A DNA stretch of 64,000 nucleotides from Polyangiaceae bacterium (GCA_033763455.1 JANRKO010000059.1:1-64000); one strand, 5' to 3'. Counted from the stretch's first letter, positions 43,595-53,694 are shown. The notes: generated by a model from the letters alone, not told the origin. A program made the numbers and translations.

Positions 43595-45480
43595 AGAACA
43601 GTAGCCACGCTCGAAGTTGGCGCGCATGGAGCCTTCTATTCGTGCTCCCGCAAGTTTTGGCTGCTCTTGGTTGCTCTACCAACGCAGATTTGGCGGCACC
43701 CAGCCCTGTTCGCACGAGTCAGAATTCTTGCTCATTGGATAGTGAATGCGGAGCGGGTGTCTGTGTCCGCAGCGGGGAAGGGGCTCCGGGCGAATGCCGC
43801 GCTACCGAAAACCGCTTCACACGAGGGTTATTCGAAGTTTCGTTTCCCGCGAACGCTACAGATAGTGCGGGTGTGCGCTTTTTTCTGCCAGATCAAGCCA
43901 TTCCCGGGCAGCCTGGGACATTTGACCTCGAAGCGGCGGGTGTCGTGAAGATCTCTGGGCGCGTGCGTCCGGAGTTGCTTGGCCAAGTCACAGAAGAGTG
44001 CCTGCGGGCGTTTGAAGATCCGGTGACCGGCGAAGGTTATATGCGAGGGCCAGACGGCAGCATTCCTGTGAGAGTCAGCTTAACACCCGTGGAGCGATTC
44101 TTAGGCCTCAACACCCAAACCTACTCGGCCAAGACTATGGATACCAAAGCTGCACCTGTTGGGCATGAATTCGCCCTCTTGGTGCCGAAAGGGGAGTACG
44201 ACGTATACGTTCAACCATACAAGTCAACAACGCCAGGCTGTGTGGTGCCACCGGTGAATTTGCGGCGAATATTCTCTGGAGATACAGTGCTAAGCGTTAC
44301 GCTCTCGCCACCGGAAGCGCTGGCGCTCAGCGTGCGATATGCGCCATCTGGGTGTGAAGTTTCCACTTGCGGAAGCTTGGACGGTTGGGCAGTCGAGGTG
44401 ATCGACAGCGAGAGTGGTCGAGTGCTTTCTAACAAGGTCCCTTTAGTTGACGCCCGAAGCACATTGGTCGGGGCTACGCGCGCTTATGCGGTGGATCTCT
44501 ATATTTCGACTTCGAATGTGCCCGCCGTACCAAGTGGGAGCGAGCTTTTGCGTTTGGCCCCTCCCGACGGGGTTGAAGCTCCGGTGCTTTACATGGAGCG
44601 CTCTGGAATCGAGCTGTTTCAGAAGGGGCAGGGGGTTTTCGATGTACCAGTTCAACTCAGCTCGGCGGTAACCGTCCAGGGCTTAGTGGAGGGTCTCGGA
44701 GTTGGTGGCGCTGCCACGGTCGAAACCCAAGCGTCGTTAACCTTCGTGGCCAAAGAGCTTCTCGGTTTTTCGAGCGGCATGCTAGCGGCTTTTTCGCGCA
44801 CTATCGACACGGACGCCGAAGGACGTTTCTCGGCGGAGCTGCTCCCAGGCTCCTACACGGTGCGCGCTGTTCCCAAGCCGGAATCAGGTTTCGCAGCCAC
44901 TGAGTTAAATTGGTCCGTCAGTGACGCCCCAAAAATGCAGACAGGCAAGGCTATTGAACTTGAACCCAAGGTCACGATTCAGGGTAAGGTTCTCGATTTG
45001 AGTGGCGGAGGTGCTGTCGGTATGCCGGTTCAGGTGGTGCCTTCTCCTGCAATGCGTCAGCTTACGAGCCTGGAGCGTTTGTTGGGTACCGAACAAGTTG
45101 CGCCGCGTGGAGGCACCCAAACGTTGGATGCGGCAGGCCAGTTCGCCCTGCCCACTGATCCGGGCAAATACGACATCTCCGTTCGTCCGCCCGAAAGCAG
45201 TCGTTGGGCGTGGCTCGTTCGCCCGCGGCTTGACGTTATGCAGCCAGGGCTTGATCTGGAACGGATGACTTTGCCTCTACCGGTTGCCTTCGAAGGGGAT
45301 GTTCATGCGGGAGCGGCGGGGCTCGTGCCCGGAGCGCTTATTCGCGCCTACCTCTACTTAGATGCCGAAGGCCGGTACGTGGATGTGCCGGCAAAGGCCA
45401 CTTCGGTGGTTCAAGTCGCGGAATCGCGCGCAGATGCTGTCGGTCACTTCAATCTGTTGGTTCCAGCCCAACTGAACTAG
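43591..45480 (+). CDS. Lipoprotein with Cys-rich N-terminus and carboxypeptidase-regulatory-like beta-sandwich repeats
   Basis: Lipobox ALGC, C..D.EC..G.C motif, repeated TD..G.F...L.PG.Y.V...P motifs; ATGA-coupled to the upstream gene. Confidence 0.7.
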   Translation: MKNSSHARSWRAWSLLFVLPQVLAALGCSTNADLAAPSPVRTSQNSCSLDSECGAGVCVRSGEGAPGECRATENRFTRGLFEVSFPANATDSAGVRFFLPDQAIPGQPGTFDLEAAGVVKISGRVRPELLGQVTEECLRAFEDPVTGEGYMRGPDGSIPVRVSLTPVERFLGLNTQTYSAKTMDTKAAPVGHEFALLVPKGEYDVYVQPYKSTTPGCVVPPVNLRRIFSGDTVLSVTLSPPEALALSVRYAPSGCEVSTCGSLDGWAVEVIDSESGRVLSNKVPLVDARSTLVGATRAYAVDLYISTSNVPAVPSGSELLRLAPPDGVEAPVLYMERSGIELFQKGQGVFDVPVQLSSAVTVQGLVEGLGVGGAATVETQASLTFVAKELLGFSSGMLAAFSRTIDTDAEGRFSAELLPGSYTVRAVPKPESGFAATELNWSVSDAPKMQTGKAIELEPKVTIQGKVLDLSGGGAVGMPVQVVPSPAMRQLTSLERLLGTEQVAPRGGTQTLDAAGQFALPTDPGKYDISVRPPESSRWAWLVRPRLDVMQPGLDLERMTLPLPVAFEGDVHAGAAGLVPGALIRAYLYLDAEGRYVDVPAKATSVVQVAESRADAVGHFNLLVPAQLN

Positions 45481-45567
45481 GGCAGACGCCGTTGGGTTAA
45501 TGGTTCGGCGGGGGTGCGCGGGAAGTGTGTACTAGCGGGCAGCCGCTTGGGGTCGTATGTTGTTGGT

Positions 45568-46692
45568 GTGGAGAGCCCCAACGCGCTGAAGGCGGAGTCC
45601 GCTGAAATGCAGCCCACGGAAGCGGACCTAGCGGGTGCGTTGCATGAAGTCAGCAATGCCCTCACCGTCGTTCTGGGCTGGCTGGACGTCGCGCGGTCGA
45701 AAACCGTAGCGGCAGCTCCCCTGGATGCGATTGCCGAGGCACTAGATGTTGCGCAGACGCATGCGCGCTTAGGTCATCGAGTTGCACGCCAGGCTCTCGG
45801 CGTCGATGCTACCAACGCCGGTTCTAATCAGCGTGCCGCGCGAACACTAGCTCACACCGCTTTGCAGGGCGTCTCACCGCATGCTCAGGCGCGTGACATC
45901 GACATGGTGTTAGAGGAGCAGCGCGGTTGTACCGGGCTTGTGCGTGATGCGGCGCCCGTAATTCAAATCCTTACGAACTTGTTGTTGAACGCGATTGATA
46001 TGTCACCCGTTGGATCTCGCGTGGTGCTATCGGTGCGTGGCACTGGCTCAGAGGTTGCCTTCACCGTTGCGGACAATGGCCCCGGTATTTCCGAGGAGCG
46101 TGCGCCTCGCTTGTTCCTTGGGGGAGAGTCCACCCGGCCCGGCGGCGCTGGTATCGGGCTCCGGCATTCTTTGGGTGTGGCTCGTGCCCACGAGGGTGAC
46201 CTTGTGTTGCTTGAGGGCACCCCGCACGCCAAATTCCAGCTCACGTGGCCCCTTGGGGCGGCCTCCTCACCCCGCCGCCAGGCCCCTACTGCGCAGTCGC
46301 TCGAAGGCGCGAGCATTCTCGTCGTTGAAGATGATGTAGCCGTGCGCACCCTGATCGAATTGGCACTCGAAGCGCGAGGCGCCACGGCCGTAATGGCCGG
46401 CTCGCTTTCCGAGTTTCACCACGCAATCCAAAGCGGTCGCGCTTTCGATGCCGCCCTTATGGATCTTTCGCCCATCCAGAGCGACATAGACGGCGCCGTT
46501 CGAGCGCTCCGCGGCGCGAGCCCCACTACTCGCATCATCATCATCAGCGGTGTCCTAAACGGGCTCCCGGACGAAGTTTCCGCGCAGATTTCCGCTTGGG
46601 TGCGCAAGCCCTTCGAAATGGGGGAAGTCATCGAGACGCTTGGCTACATTCTGGCCAACCCCAACGCCGCCCCCCTCTCCGTCGCCCCGTAA
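45568..46692 (+). CDS. Hybrid histidine kinase / response regulator lacking an input domain
   Basis: H-box LHEVSNAL, NLLLNAID, DNGPGI, GAGIGL; receiver ILVVEDD...LMDL...KPF. Start placed at GTG 45568 (ORF track 45514). Confidence 0.85.
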   Translation: MESPNALKAESAEMQPTEADLAGALHEVSNALTVVLGWLDVARSKTVAAAPLDAIAEALDVAQTHARLGHRVARQALGVDATNAGSNQRAARTLAHTALQGVSPHAQARDIDMVLEEQRGCTGLVRDAAPVIQILTNLLLNAIDMSPVGSRVVLSVRGTGSEVAFTVADNGPGISEERAPRLFLGGESTRPGGAGIGLRHSLGVARAHEGDLVLLEGTPHAKFQLTWPLGAASSPRRQAPTAQSLEGASILVVEDDVAVRTLIELALEARGATAVMAGSLSEFHHAIQSGRAFDAALMDLSPIQSDIDGAVRALRGASPTTRIIIISGVLNGLPDEVSAQISAWVRKPFEMGEVIETLGYILANPNAAPLSVAP

Positions 46693-46795
46693 GGTCCGCG
46701 CAATCCAAGGACAAAAGGGGCTTGCGGAAGTCCCGAGCTCTGCGGTAGACCCCACCCCCTGCTCGGCCCGGGCACCTCCCAGGCCAATCCAAGAC

Positions 46796-46879
46796 GCGAA
46801 GGTGGCGGAACTGGCAGACGCACTAGCTTGAGGTGCTAGCGGGGTTATTCCCATGGAGGTTCAAGTCCTCTCCTTCGCA
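46796..46879 (+). tRNA. tRNA-Leu (anticodon GAG), CCA not encoded
   Basis: Acceptor GCGAAGG/CCTTCGC, anticodon stem CTAGC/GCTAG with loop TTGAGGT, long variable arm, T-loop GTTCAAGTC. Confidence 0.96.
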
Positions 46880-47869
46880 CAAAGGCATTCTAATCGGGGA
46901 GTTGCCGACCCCAGCTAGGCGCTCCCGAGCGCTAGCGGGGTAGGGGGCTGGTTTCTGGCCCGGCGGGGTGAAGCCGGTGGGGCCAGCGCCGGAGAGAGCA
47001 CGCCGTGCGGCGGCTTGGTTGGGGCGCACGTAGATGGCCGTGGTCGAGATACGGGTGTGGCCGGCGACGAACGCGGCGCCATTAAGGTTGGTTTCGGCGA
47101 GCTGGGTTAGGCGAGCTGAGCGGAGGTCATACGCCGTGAAGGTCTTGGCTTTGGCGGGGGTGAGCACGGCTGCTGCCGCGGCCCTCAGCTGATCGCGGTA
47201 GTCATGGTCGCCGAAGATCAAGCCGTGATCTGGAAGAATGGAGTCGAGCGCCGCGCACGCCTCAGGGCTGAGAGGAACTTCACGGCTGAAGCGTGCCTTG
47301 TCTATGTCCTCGGTGATGGTGAGCGACGTAGCGCCGCGGGTATAGTGCTCGGGTACGCTGAGTGCGTTAAGCGTGGCCGGTCGCAGAGAGGTTTCAAATG
47401 CGACCACGAAACGAGCCCGGATGGGGAAGCGGGAGACCCGCAGGGATTCGGACCATTCGGGTAAGCAGTTAATTAGTAAACGACATTCCTCAACGCCCAA
47501 CTCGGTGGATTTGCCACGACGGCGCACACCAAATCGCGTCCCGGTGGCTCGGCGTGCAGGTTTGGGAATAACCGGAGCTGCGTCGACGTAGCCTTGCTCT
47601 TGGCACCAAGCTAAGAACCCCCGCAATGCAGAAAGTTCCTTATTGACCGTCGTTTTGAGGACACTCCCGAGCCTGTGGCGCATGTAATCTGCCGCCCGTG
47701 CTGAAGTGATGGCACCCAAGGTCTTGAAGAAAGGTGCAATGTGGGTGGCACCGTACGTCATCAGGTAGAGATTGTTCGTTTCTGGGTCGCGTTCGTTCGT
47801 AGTTTCCGTGATCCAGCGAGACCAGAGTTCGTCCACGGGCGTGTCAGGGTTGATGGTCCAGGTGCTCAT
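46823..47869 (-). CDS. Tyrosine recombinase / integrase
   Basis: TVNKELSALRGF SAM-like domain, catalytic R (SLRPATL), K (DKAR), YDLRS (HxxR variant), GHTRISTTAIY; 3' end overlaps tRNA-Leu. Confidence 0.88.
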   Translation of the reverse strand: MSTWTINPDTPVDELWSRWITETTNERDPETNNLYLMTYGATHIAPFFKTLGAITSARAADYMRHRLGSVLKTTVNKELSALRGFLAWCQEQGYVDAAPVIPKPARRATGTRFGVRRRGKSTELGVEECRLLINCLPEWSESLRVSRFPIRARFVVAFETSLRPATLNALSVPEHYTRGATSLTITEDIDKARFSREVPLSPEACAALDSILPDHGLIFGDHDYRDQLRAAAAAVLTPAKAKTFTAYDLRSARLTQLAETNLNGAAFVAGHTRISTTAIYVRPNQAAARRALSGAGPTGFTPPGQKPAPYPASARERLAGVGNSPIRMPLCEGEDLNLHGNNPASTSS

Positions 47870-48285
47870 TGTTTTGCTCCGCTATTGGTTCTGGTGCGCA
47901 TTTTTTCGAGGGCAGCACGTTCGCTCGCCGTCTTTTCCGAGAGTGGCCGCAGCTGGGTGCTGTATCGAACCACGGTGTCGATCGCGTTTGCTGCCGCGCT
48001 CGCGGGATCTTTTGTTGCCTCCGGCGCCCGCGTAAGGGCGGCAACGAGCGCGCTGCCGGTTGCGTCTATGCTGCTCCCTAGTTTGGCCCCCGCGTCCCGT
48101 ATCGCATCCACCAACGACAGACCAACGCCTTGCGCAACCAGCCCTAGATCTTGCACGGCATCAACCACCTGCTTAATATCGATATCGTTGGTGGCTGGTG
48201 TGCACTTGGGTGCTGCGTTTGGCATGGCCGGGCTATGCTCCTTGGCTACGTGGGTCAGATTAGCCCCACCAGACCAGGCGGTCAA
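47866..48285 (-). CDS. Hypothetical protein coupled to the integrase
   Basis: Stop overlaps the integrase ATG (ATGA); start uncertain. Confidence 0.5.
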   Translation of the reverse strand: MTAWSGGANLTHVAKEHSPAMPNAAPKCTPATNDIDIKQVVDAVQDLGLVAQGVGLSLVDAIRDAGAKLGSSIDATGSALVAALTRAPEATKDPASAAANAIDTVVRYSTQLRPLSEKTASERAALEKMRTRTNSGAKQ

Positions 48286-48308
48286 TCAAAATAGATAGGA
48301 GGCGGAAA

Positions 48309-48334
48309 GGACATTAGGGAGCTCCTAAATGTCC
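48309..48334. promoter_or_regulatory. 26-bp near-palindrome between divergent island genes
   Basis: GGACATTAGGGAGCTCCTAAATGTCC; 11 of 13 pairs are complementary. Confidence 0.5.
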
Positions 48335-48398
48335 AGATTGCTCAGAGGGTGCGTGAGCCTCGCCGCATACTTGGTAAGGTAGTTGCAATTCCTCATTT

Positions 48399-49034
48399 TT
48401 GGTGAATAATCCAGCCGTGACAGCCCCTGCACTTGTTGACCCCGCTGAACTTACGGCAGTTCGTGATCAGTTGTTCAAGTGGCTGAAACAACACGGGTAC
48501 ACCCAAGCCGCGTCCGGCAAAGCCTGGTTTGAGAGCAAGGAATTTAGCAGTTCGGAGCCGCGGGGGAGCTTGGCCTACATCATTAGTCGGGCCCTTTTTT
48601 CAGTTTCGTCTGCGCACGTGAACATCAAACGTTCGGCCACCACAGAGGCATTGACCCAGGCCGCCTTGGTCCGTGCACGCGTGGTTTCCCTCCAGCAGGC
48701 TTTGCGCGGCCTTGATGCCGACAGGGCTCGGAGGGGTTTGCCTACCGCAAGACCCTCCTTTGCCGAATCTGGCGACGCCGTGCTTGAGGCCATAAACGCC
48801 GTCGTCCAGAGGTTTCAGAGCATCCAAGGAACCACGGTGCCGGTAACCCGTGCTCAGTGGAAACGCTACATCGCCAAGACAACAACCTCTTTGCAAAAAG
48901 CAGGCATGCCCCTGGAAGATATCGCCCGGCTGCTCGCCCCATCGAGTGATCCGGCGGTCTTCAAGGATCGCGCGCGAAAGCAGCGCGAGCGGGGCACCGT
49001 GCAAGGTGCTGGGGTGGAGAAGAAAAAGCGCTAG
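48399..49034 (+). CDS. Hypothetical protein
   Basis: 211-aa ORF; possible C-terminal HTH-like segment (AGMPLEDIARLL). Confidence 0.5.
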   Translation: MVNNPAVTAPALVDPAELTAVRDQLFKWLKQHGYTQAASGKAWFESKEFSSSEPRGSLAYIISRALFSVSSAHVNIKRSATTEALTQAALVRARVVSLQQALRGLDADRARRGLPTARPSFAESGDAVLEAINAVVQRFQSIQGTTVPVTRAQWKRYIAKTTTSLQKAGMPLEDIARLLAPSSDPAVFKDRARKQRERGTVQGAGVEKKKR

Positions 49035-49094
49035 ATTTTGGCAAGTGGCTCCGGAACGGTGGGGCCGTGAGCTGGCGGTGGGTGAAAGGCTTTT

Positions 49095-49230
49095 GCGCCG
49101 TCCCTGAGCCGGCGGTCGTGCGGGACGTTCGTGGTGTAGGTGATCGAAATTGCGCCATAGTTGTGGGCGGTGGGCGTCACCGAATTGGTTTGATGCCCTC
49201 CTCAGCTGCCGCACGAAGCGGCCGCTTGCC
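49095..49230. repeat. Copy B of the ~135-bp structured dispersed repeat
   Basis: Same orientation as copy A at 33924..34059. Confidence 0.85.
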
Positions 49231-49618
49231 TCGGCTCTCGGACTTGATCGAAGCGGCCGGCGACGTGAAGGGTAAGGGTGCCAAACGATCTAGTGGACAG
49301 GCGACTCTGGAAGCCGTCGGGGAGGCCGAAATCGAGCAGGCTTGTCGGACCGCTATTAAGCCAGTCAGGGGCTAGCCCCTGGGCCACGCCGACATCGGCA
49401 ACGGCTTCTGAAAGTCCCTTCGGCAGCGGTTGCGCGGTGAGGAGAGTTCCGTGTTCCAGCAAGGCGAAGACGTCGAGATCCTTCGTCGGCCGTTGCAGCA
49501 CGCCAAGAAGAAGGAGGCTGCCGCCACCGATGACAACCAGCTCGGCAGAGAGGCTTCTCTCCTCGAGTAGCTCGCCCAATGTGACAAGGGCATCCTCAAG
49601 AGACGCTGCGGAGACCAT
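49202..49618 (-). pseudogene. Truncated DUF6036-like nucleotidyltransferase
   Basis: VVIGGGSLLL, RPTKDLD, DWLNSGP, GLPDGF motifs; recognisable sequence ends at AGRFDQV, just before repeat copy B, which supplies the stop. Confidence 0.65.
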
Positions 49619-49906
49619 GATTCGAGAGTCTCGCTGCTCGTATCAAGAAAATAAAGTTCTCGATTTAGGTAGTTAAACTTCTCGATTTTCAGCGGCCCAT
49701 ACCTGTCACGCAGCAGGCATGGGGAGCGCACAGGTCTCACGGGCCGGACGGTCGACCCTTGTTTTTGTGGGTCTTGGAGCGTCAGCCGAGAGCGAAGGCA
49801 GCCAGACCCACAAAACTTTGTTGCGCCGGTCACGCTTCGCTTCGGAGTCGCCTACATTCATCGGAGTGGCTTAGTCTCAAAGGTTCAACGCCCAAACCCA
49901 AGACCC

Positions 49907-50625
49907 ATGATGAAGCTGAGCATTCCCCGCCGAGCACTCCTGCCGTTGGCTCTGTTCGTGAGCGCGTGCGCCCCCGGCGCTGGAACGCAGGCTCATGACA
50001 TGAGCGCGGCCCGGCATTTGGCCGCAGCCAAGCAGGAGGATGACCTAGCGTCGCAGCACGCCCCCGGAGCCAGGGAGCCCCGCACTCGGTGCACTCCGAG
50101 CCAAGGCCGCGTGTGCTGGACTGGACGGACAGACACGCCTGACGGCCATCAGCACACCGCCGAGGAACATCTTGAACTGGCGGCTAAACACCGTGCGGCC
50201 TCGAAAGAGCTCATGGACGCTGAGGCACACGCGTGCGCTGGCCTGAGCGATGAAGATCGCGACACGAGCCCCTTCGCTCACAGCGCTGACATTGAGAGCG
50301 TGACCGAGCTTAGGGAAAATGCTCGGCCTGCTAGGGTGAACGTCGGGCGAGATGCTGCGACTCGACTCGCTGGAGCAACCATTGTGTTTCGCGCCTCACC
50401 AGGCCTGACCGTTGAGTGGCTGCAGCGCATTGTGGATTGCCATCTGGCGCGCAACGTGCGGTGGGCCACGATATGCCTGAAATGGCCTATTGCCCCCTCG
50501 TTCCTCGCGGTGTTGCCGCCAAAGTTTACTCCGCTCGGCGTGGGTTTGCGGTCGACGTCCGCTCGGACGACCCAGAGATCGCTGCTGAGATCTGGAAACG
50601 TGCCCAACAAATTGGAGCAAAGTAA
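49907..50625 (+). pseudogene. His/Cys-rich lipoprotein, paralogue 1, frameshifted
   Basis: Homologous to 59123 and 63377. One base is missing at ~50456 (AAC GT GCG GTG GGC CAC); the conserved tail AVGHDMPEMAYCPLV continues in the 50416..50625 frame. Confidence 0.8.
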
Positions 50626-50806
50626 CGATGAGCTGTCCTAAGTGCGAGCCCTCGCCCAAGAGTCGCTGGTGGAAGTGGCCCGCAACCGCCGTCCTGTTAG
50701 CGGCAGCCTTGGCCTGGCTGGCAAGCTCTCAAACGCCGTCGCACAGTGTTGGAGAGCCGGCTTTGGGTAGCTCTGCAGAGTCAAAGTGAGCCTAAAAGGA
50801 GCTTGA

Positions 50807-52162
50807 GTGAAAATGGGAAACGACGGATTGAACCGACGAGAAGCTGTGTTCAAATGTGCCGCCATTGCGGGAGGTGCGGCACTGCTCGCCACCAGACCCG
50901 TGAAAGCCGCAACTGGCGACAGCACGCACTCTTGGGAAAAGAGCTACAGCGGTGGAACGCTCGCTGTGAAGGCGTTACCTCCAGGTGACCCTGGCCGCGA
51001 CTACACACCCACGATCACCCCCGGAGGTGCTACTGCTGTTTGGAAAATCGTCGAGGGTGTCAAGGTATTCCATCTTATTGCCGAGGAGGTGTTGCACGAG
51101 TTTGCTCCCGGCCTGAAAGGGAAATGCTGGGGCTATAACGGGGGAGTGCATGGCCCGACGATCGAGGCGGTCGAAGGCGATCGTGTTCGCATCTACGTTA
51201 CTAACAAGCTTCCCGCATCTACTACCGTGCACTGGCACGGAGTGTTTCTTCCAAATGGAATGGACGGCGTGGGAGGGCTGAACCAACGTGCTATCCAGCC
51301 TGGGGAAACGTTTATGTATGAGTGGACGTTCCGACAATCAGGAACCCTCATGTATCACTCACATCATGACGAGATGACCCAAATGGCGATGGGAATGCTC
51401 GGAATGATCGTGGTGCATCCGCGGCGTCCTCCACCAGGTTATCGTGTAGATCGCGAATTTGTCATCATGTTGAGTGAGTGGAAAATCACACCGGGTACGC
51501 TGCGCCCGGATCCCAACGAGATGACCGATTTTAACGTGCTCACCATGAACGCCAAGGTGTTTCCGGCTACGCCGCCGCTGGTATGCAAAACGGGTGATCG
51601 AGTGCGCATTCGTTTCGGCAATTTGAGCGCCATGGATCACCACCCCATTCATCTGCACGGGCACTATTTCAAGGTAGTAGCGACTGATGGCGGCGCCATT
51701 CCCGCGGCCGGGCAATGGCCGGAAACCACCGTTTTGGTGCCGACTGGTAGTACGCGTGACATAGAGTTTGTCGCGGATGCGCCTGGCGACTGGGCGATGC
51801 ACTGCCACATGACTCATCACGTGATGACTCAGATGGGGCACGGCATTCCGAACATGATCGGCGTGAACACGGATAAGCTGGACGGACGTCTGAGCGCGCT
51901 CCTCCCAGGCTACATGAGCATGGGGCAATCCGGCATGGGTGACATGGGTGGGATGCAGATGCCAGTGCCGAAAAATAGTATCCCGATGGTCGCCACACCC
52001 GGACCCCACGATGGCATCACCATGGGAGGCATGTTCACGCTCGTGAAGGTGCGCGACAATTTGAAAAGCTACGACGATCCAGGTTGGTACCAAAATCCCC
52101 CAGGAACCATGGCGGATGTGGCCACCAAAGCCGCGCTTTTGCGTGATGGGATCAAAGTATGA
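50807..52162 (+). CDS. Tat-exported multicopper oxidase with Met-rich C-terminus
   Basis: NRREAVF Tat motif; HWHG, YHSH, HPIHLHGH, HCHMTHH copper ligands. Confidence 0.93.
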   Translation: MKMGNDGLNRREAVFKCAAIAGGAALLATRPVKAATGDSTHSWEKSYSGGTLAVKALPPGDPGRDYTPTITPGGATAVWKIVEGVKVFHLIAEEVLHEFAPGLKGKCWGYNGGVHGPTIEAVEGDRVRIYVTNKLPASTTVHWHGVFLPNGMDGVGGLNQRAIQPGETFMYEWTFRQSGTLMYHSHHDEMTQMAMGMLGMIVVHPRRPPPGYRVDREFVIMLSEWKITPGTLRPDPNEMTDFNVLTMNAKVFPATPPLVCKTGDRVRIRFGNLSAMDHHPIHLHGHYFKVVATDGGAIPAAGQWPETTVLVPTGSTRDIEFVADAPGDWAMHCHMTHHVMTQMGHGIPNMIGVNTDKLDGRLSALLPGYMSMGQSGMGDMGGMQMPVPKNSIPMVATPGPHDGITMGGMFTLVKVRDNLKSYDDPGWYQNPPGTMADVATKAALLRDGIKV

Positions 52163-53637
52163 AGGCAAGATCGCATGGTTTGAATGGGGCGCGTGCAGGG
52201 CTTCGCGAGTTCCCGCGCTCCGCGCTTGGCGGAACCTTTGCGGCGGTGGCGCTTGTGGGGTTGCAGGCCTGCGTCCCGGCGAACGCTGGGTACGAAGATG
52301 TTCGGCAACTTACTTCGGCACGCATACATCAGGATGTGCGCTGGTATGAGCACGATTCGGCCAGCAACGTCGATAAAGATACATCTGCCTTGATGCGGCG
52401 TCCCCTGAACGCGAACGCGGCGGTTCAAATCGCTCTGCTCAACAATCAGGGGTTGCAGGCTGCCTTCGAGGAGCTCGGAATTGCTCGAGCGGGCCTCGTG
52501 CACGCGCTGCGCCTTCCGAACCCAACGGTGGATGCTGCCCTGCGTTTCAAGGGTTCGAGCGAGCCAAACATCGATGTGAACGCTCTGGAGGATCTCTCCG
52601 AGTTGCTCTACCTTCCGTTGCGCAACGGAGTAGCGAACGCTCAGCTTGAGGTGGCGAAGGCGAGTGTGGTCGGGCGTGTTTTAGACCATGCGTTCGAAGT
52701 GCGCTCAGCATTCTATGGCTATCAAGCGTCGGCCCAGATCTTCGAGCTCGCGCGCAGTGTGCTCGGGGCGGCGCAGGCTTCCTCCATCGCGAGCCAACAA
52801 TTGCACGAAGCCGGCAATATCACTGATTTGGCTCTTGCCAGCGAACGCGCGCTCTACGAGGAATCGCGGCTTTCCTACATGCGCGCCGAAGCAAGCCTCC
52901 ATGCGCAACGTGATGCGCTCAATGCTCTCATGGGCCTTTGGGGAAAGAACACAGGTTGGACCGCGGAAGCACGGCTACCTGAGCCAAGCGCAATCACCAG
53001 CGTGCTCGACAAGCTAGAGCAACGGGCGCTCGCCAATAGCTTAGATCTGCAGGTAATCAGGCATCGGGGTGACGCGGCCGCTAAGCGCGCGCATCTGGCG
53101 ACCCTGCAAGGATGGCTTCCGGAACTCAAGGCAGGGGTGTCCGCGGAGCGGGATGAGCAGGGCGCATGGGGCGTTGGCCCCGCCGCAGCGATTGCAGTGC
53201 CGCTCTTCTATCAAGGGCAAGGCGAGTCGGGCGCGGCGCTGGCCGAAGCGCGCCAGCAGCAAAAGCTTTTTGCCGATACCGCCGTACAAATTCGCGCCGC
53301 TGCCAGAGCGGTCGCCACCGAGCTCGCCGCTGTCGCCAAAAGTGTTGGGTATGTCAAGTCCACCTTGCTGCCGTTGCGCGCTGAGATCGTAGACGGCACA
53401 CAACTCCAATACAACGCAATGGGGGTCGGTGTTTCCCAGCTCATTCAAGCCAAGCGCGATCAAATCACTACGGCGCAGACCTATGTCACCCTCCTGCGAG
53501 ACTATTGGACCTTGCGCGCCGAAGCCGAAGCGCTGGTGGCGGGGCGCCTGCCTAAGCGCGGCCTAACGTCGGAGGAAGCAACCCGTGACGCCGCCTCTTT
53601 CGAACAGGGGCGCACTGGCGGTCTCCGGCAGCATTAG
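52159..53637 (+). CDS. TolC-family outer-membrane efflux lipoprotein (copper-resistance associated)
   Basis: Lipobox LQAC, AVQIALLNN..LQA, LPNP, vP.F.QGQ, YNAM...V.QL motifs; ATGA-coupled to the oxidase. Confidence 0.88.
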   Translation: MKARSHGLNGARAGLREFPRSALGGTFAAVALVGLQACVPANAGYEDVRQLTSARIHQDVRWYEHDSASNVDKDTSALMRRPLNANAAVQIALLNNQGLQAAFEELGIARAGLVHALRLPNPTVDAALRFKGSSEPNIDVNALEDLSELLYLPLRNGVANAQLEVAKASVVGRVLDHAFEVRSAFYGYQASAQIFELARSVLGAAQASSIASQQLHEAGNITDLALASERALYEESRLSYMRAEASLHAQRDALNALMGLWGKNTGWTAEARLPEPSAITSVLDKLEQRALANSLDLQVIRHRGDAAAKRAHLATLQGWLPELKAGVSAERDEQGAWGVGPAAAIAVPLFYQGQGESGAALAEARQQQKLFADTAVQIRAAARAVATELAAVAKSVGYVKSTLLPLRAEIVDGTQLQYNAMGVGVSQLIQAKRDQITTAQTYVTLLRDYWTLRAEAEALVAGRLPKRGLTSEEATRDAASFEQGRTGGLRQH

Positions 53638-53694
53638 AAATTAGTTGTTAACTTGGATTCAATTACCCTCGTTTGAACAAAAAGGACGACTAAA

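Noticed and set aside
49697..49722. CCATACCTG-N8-CAGGCATGG as a third CsoR box
   Set aside because: It shares the ATAC/GCAT ends but lacks the C/G tracts and has different spacing; unresolved.
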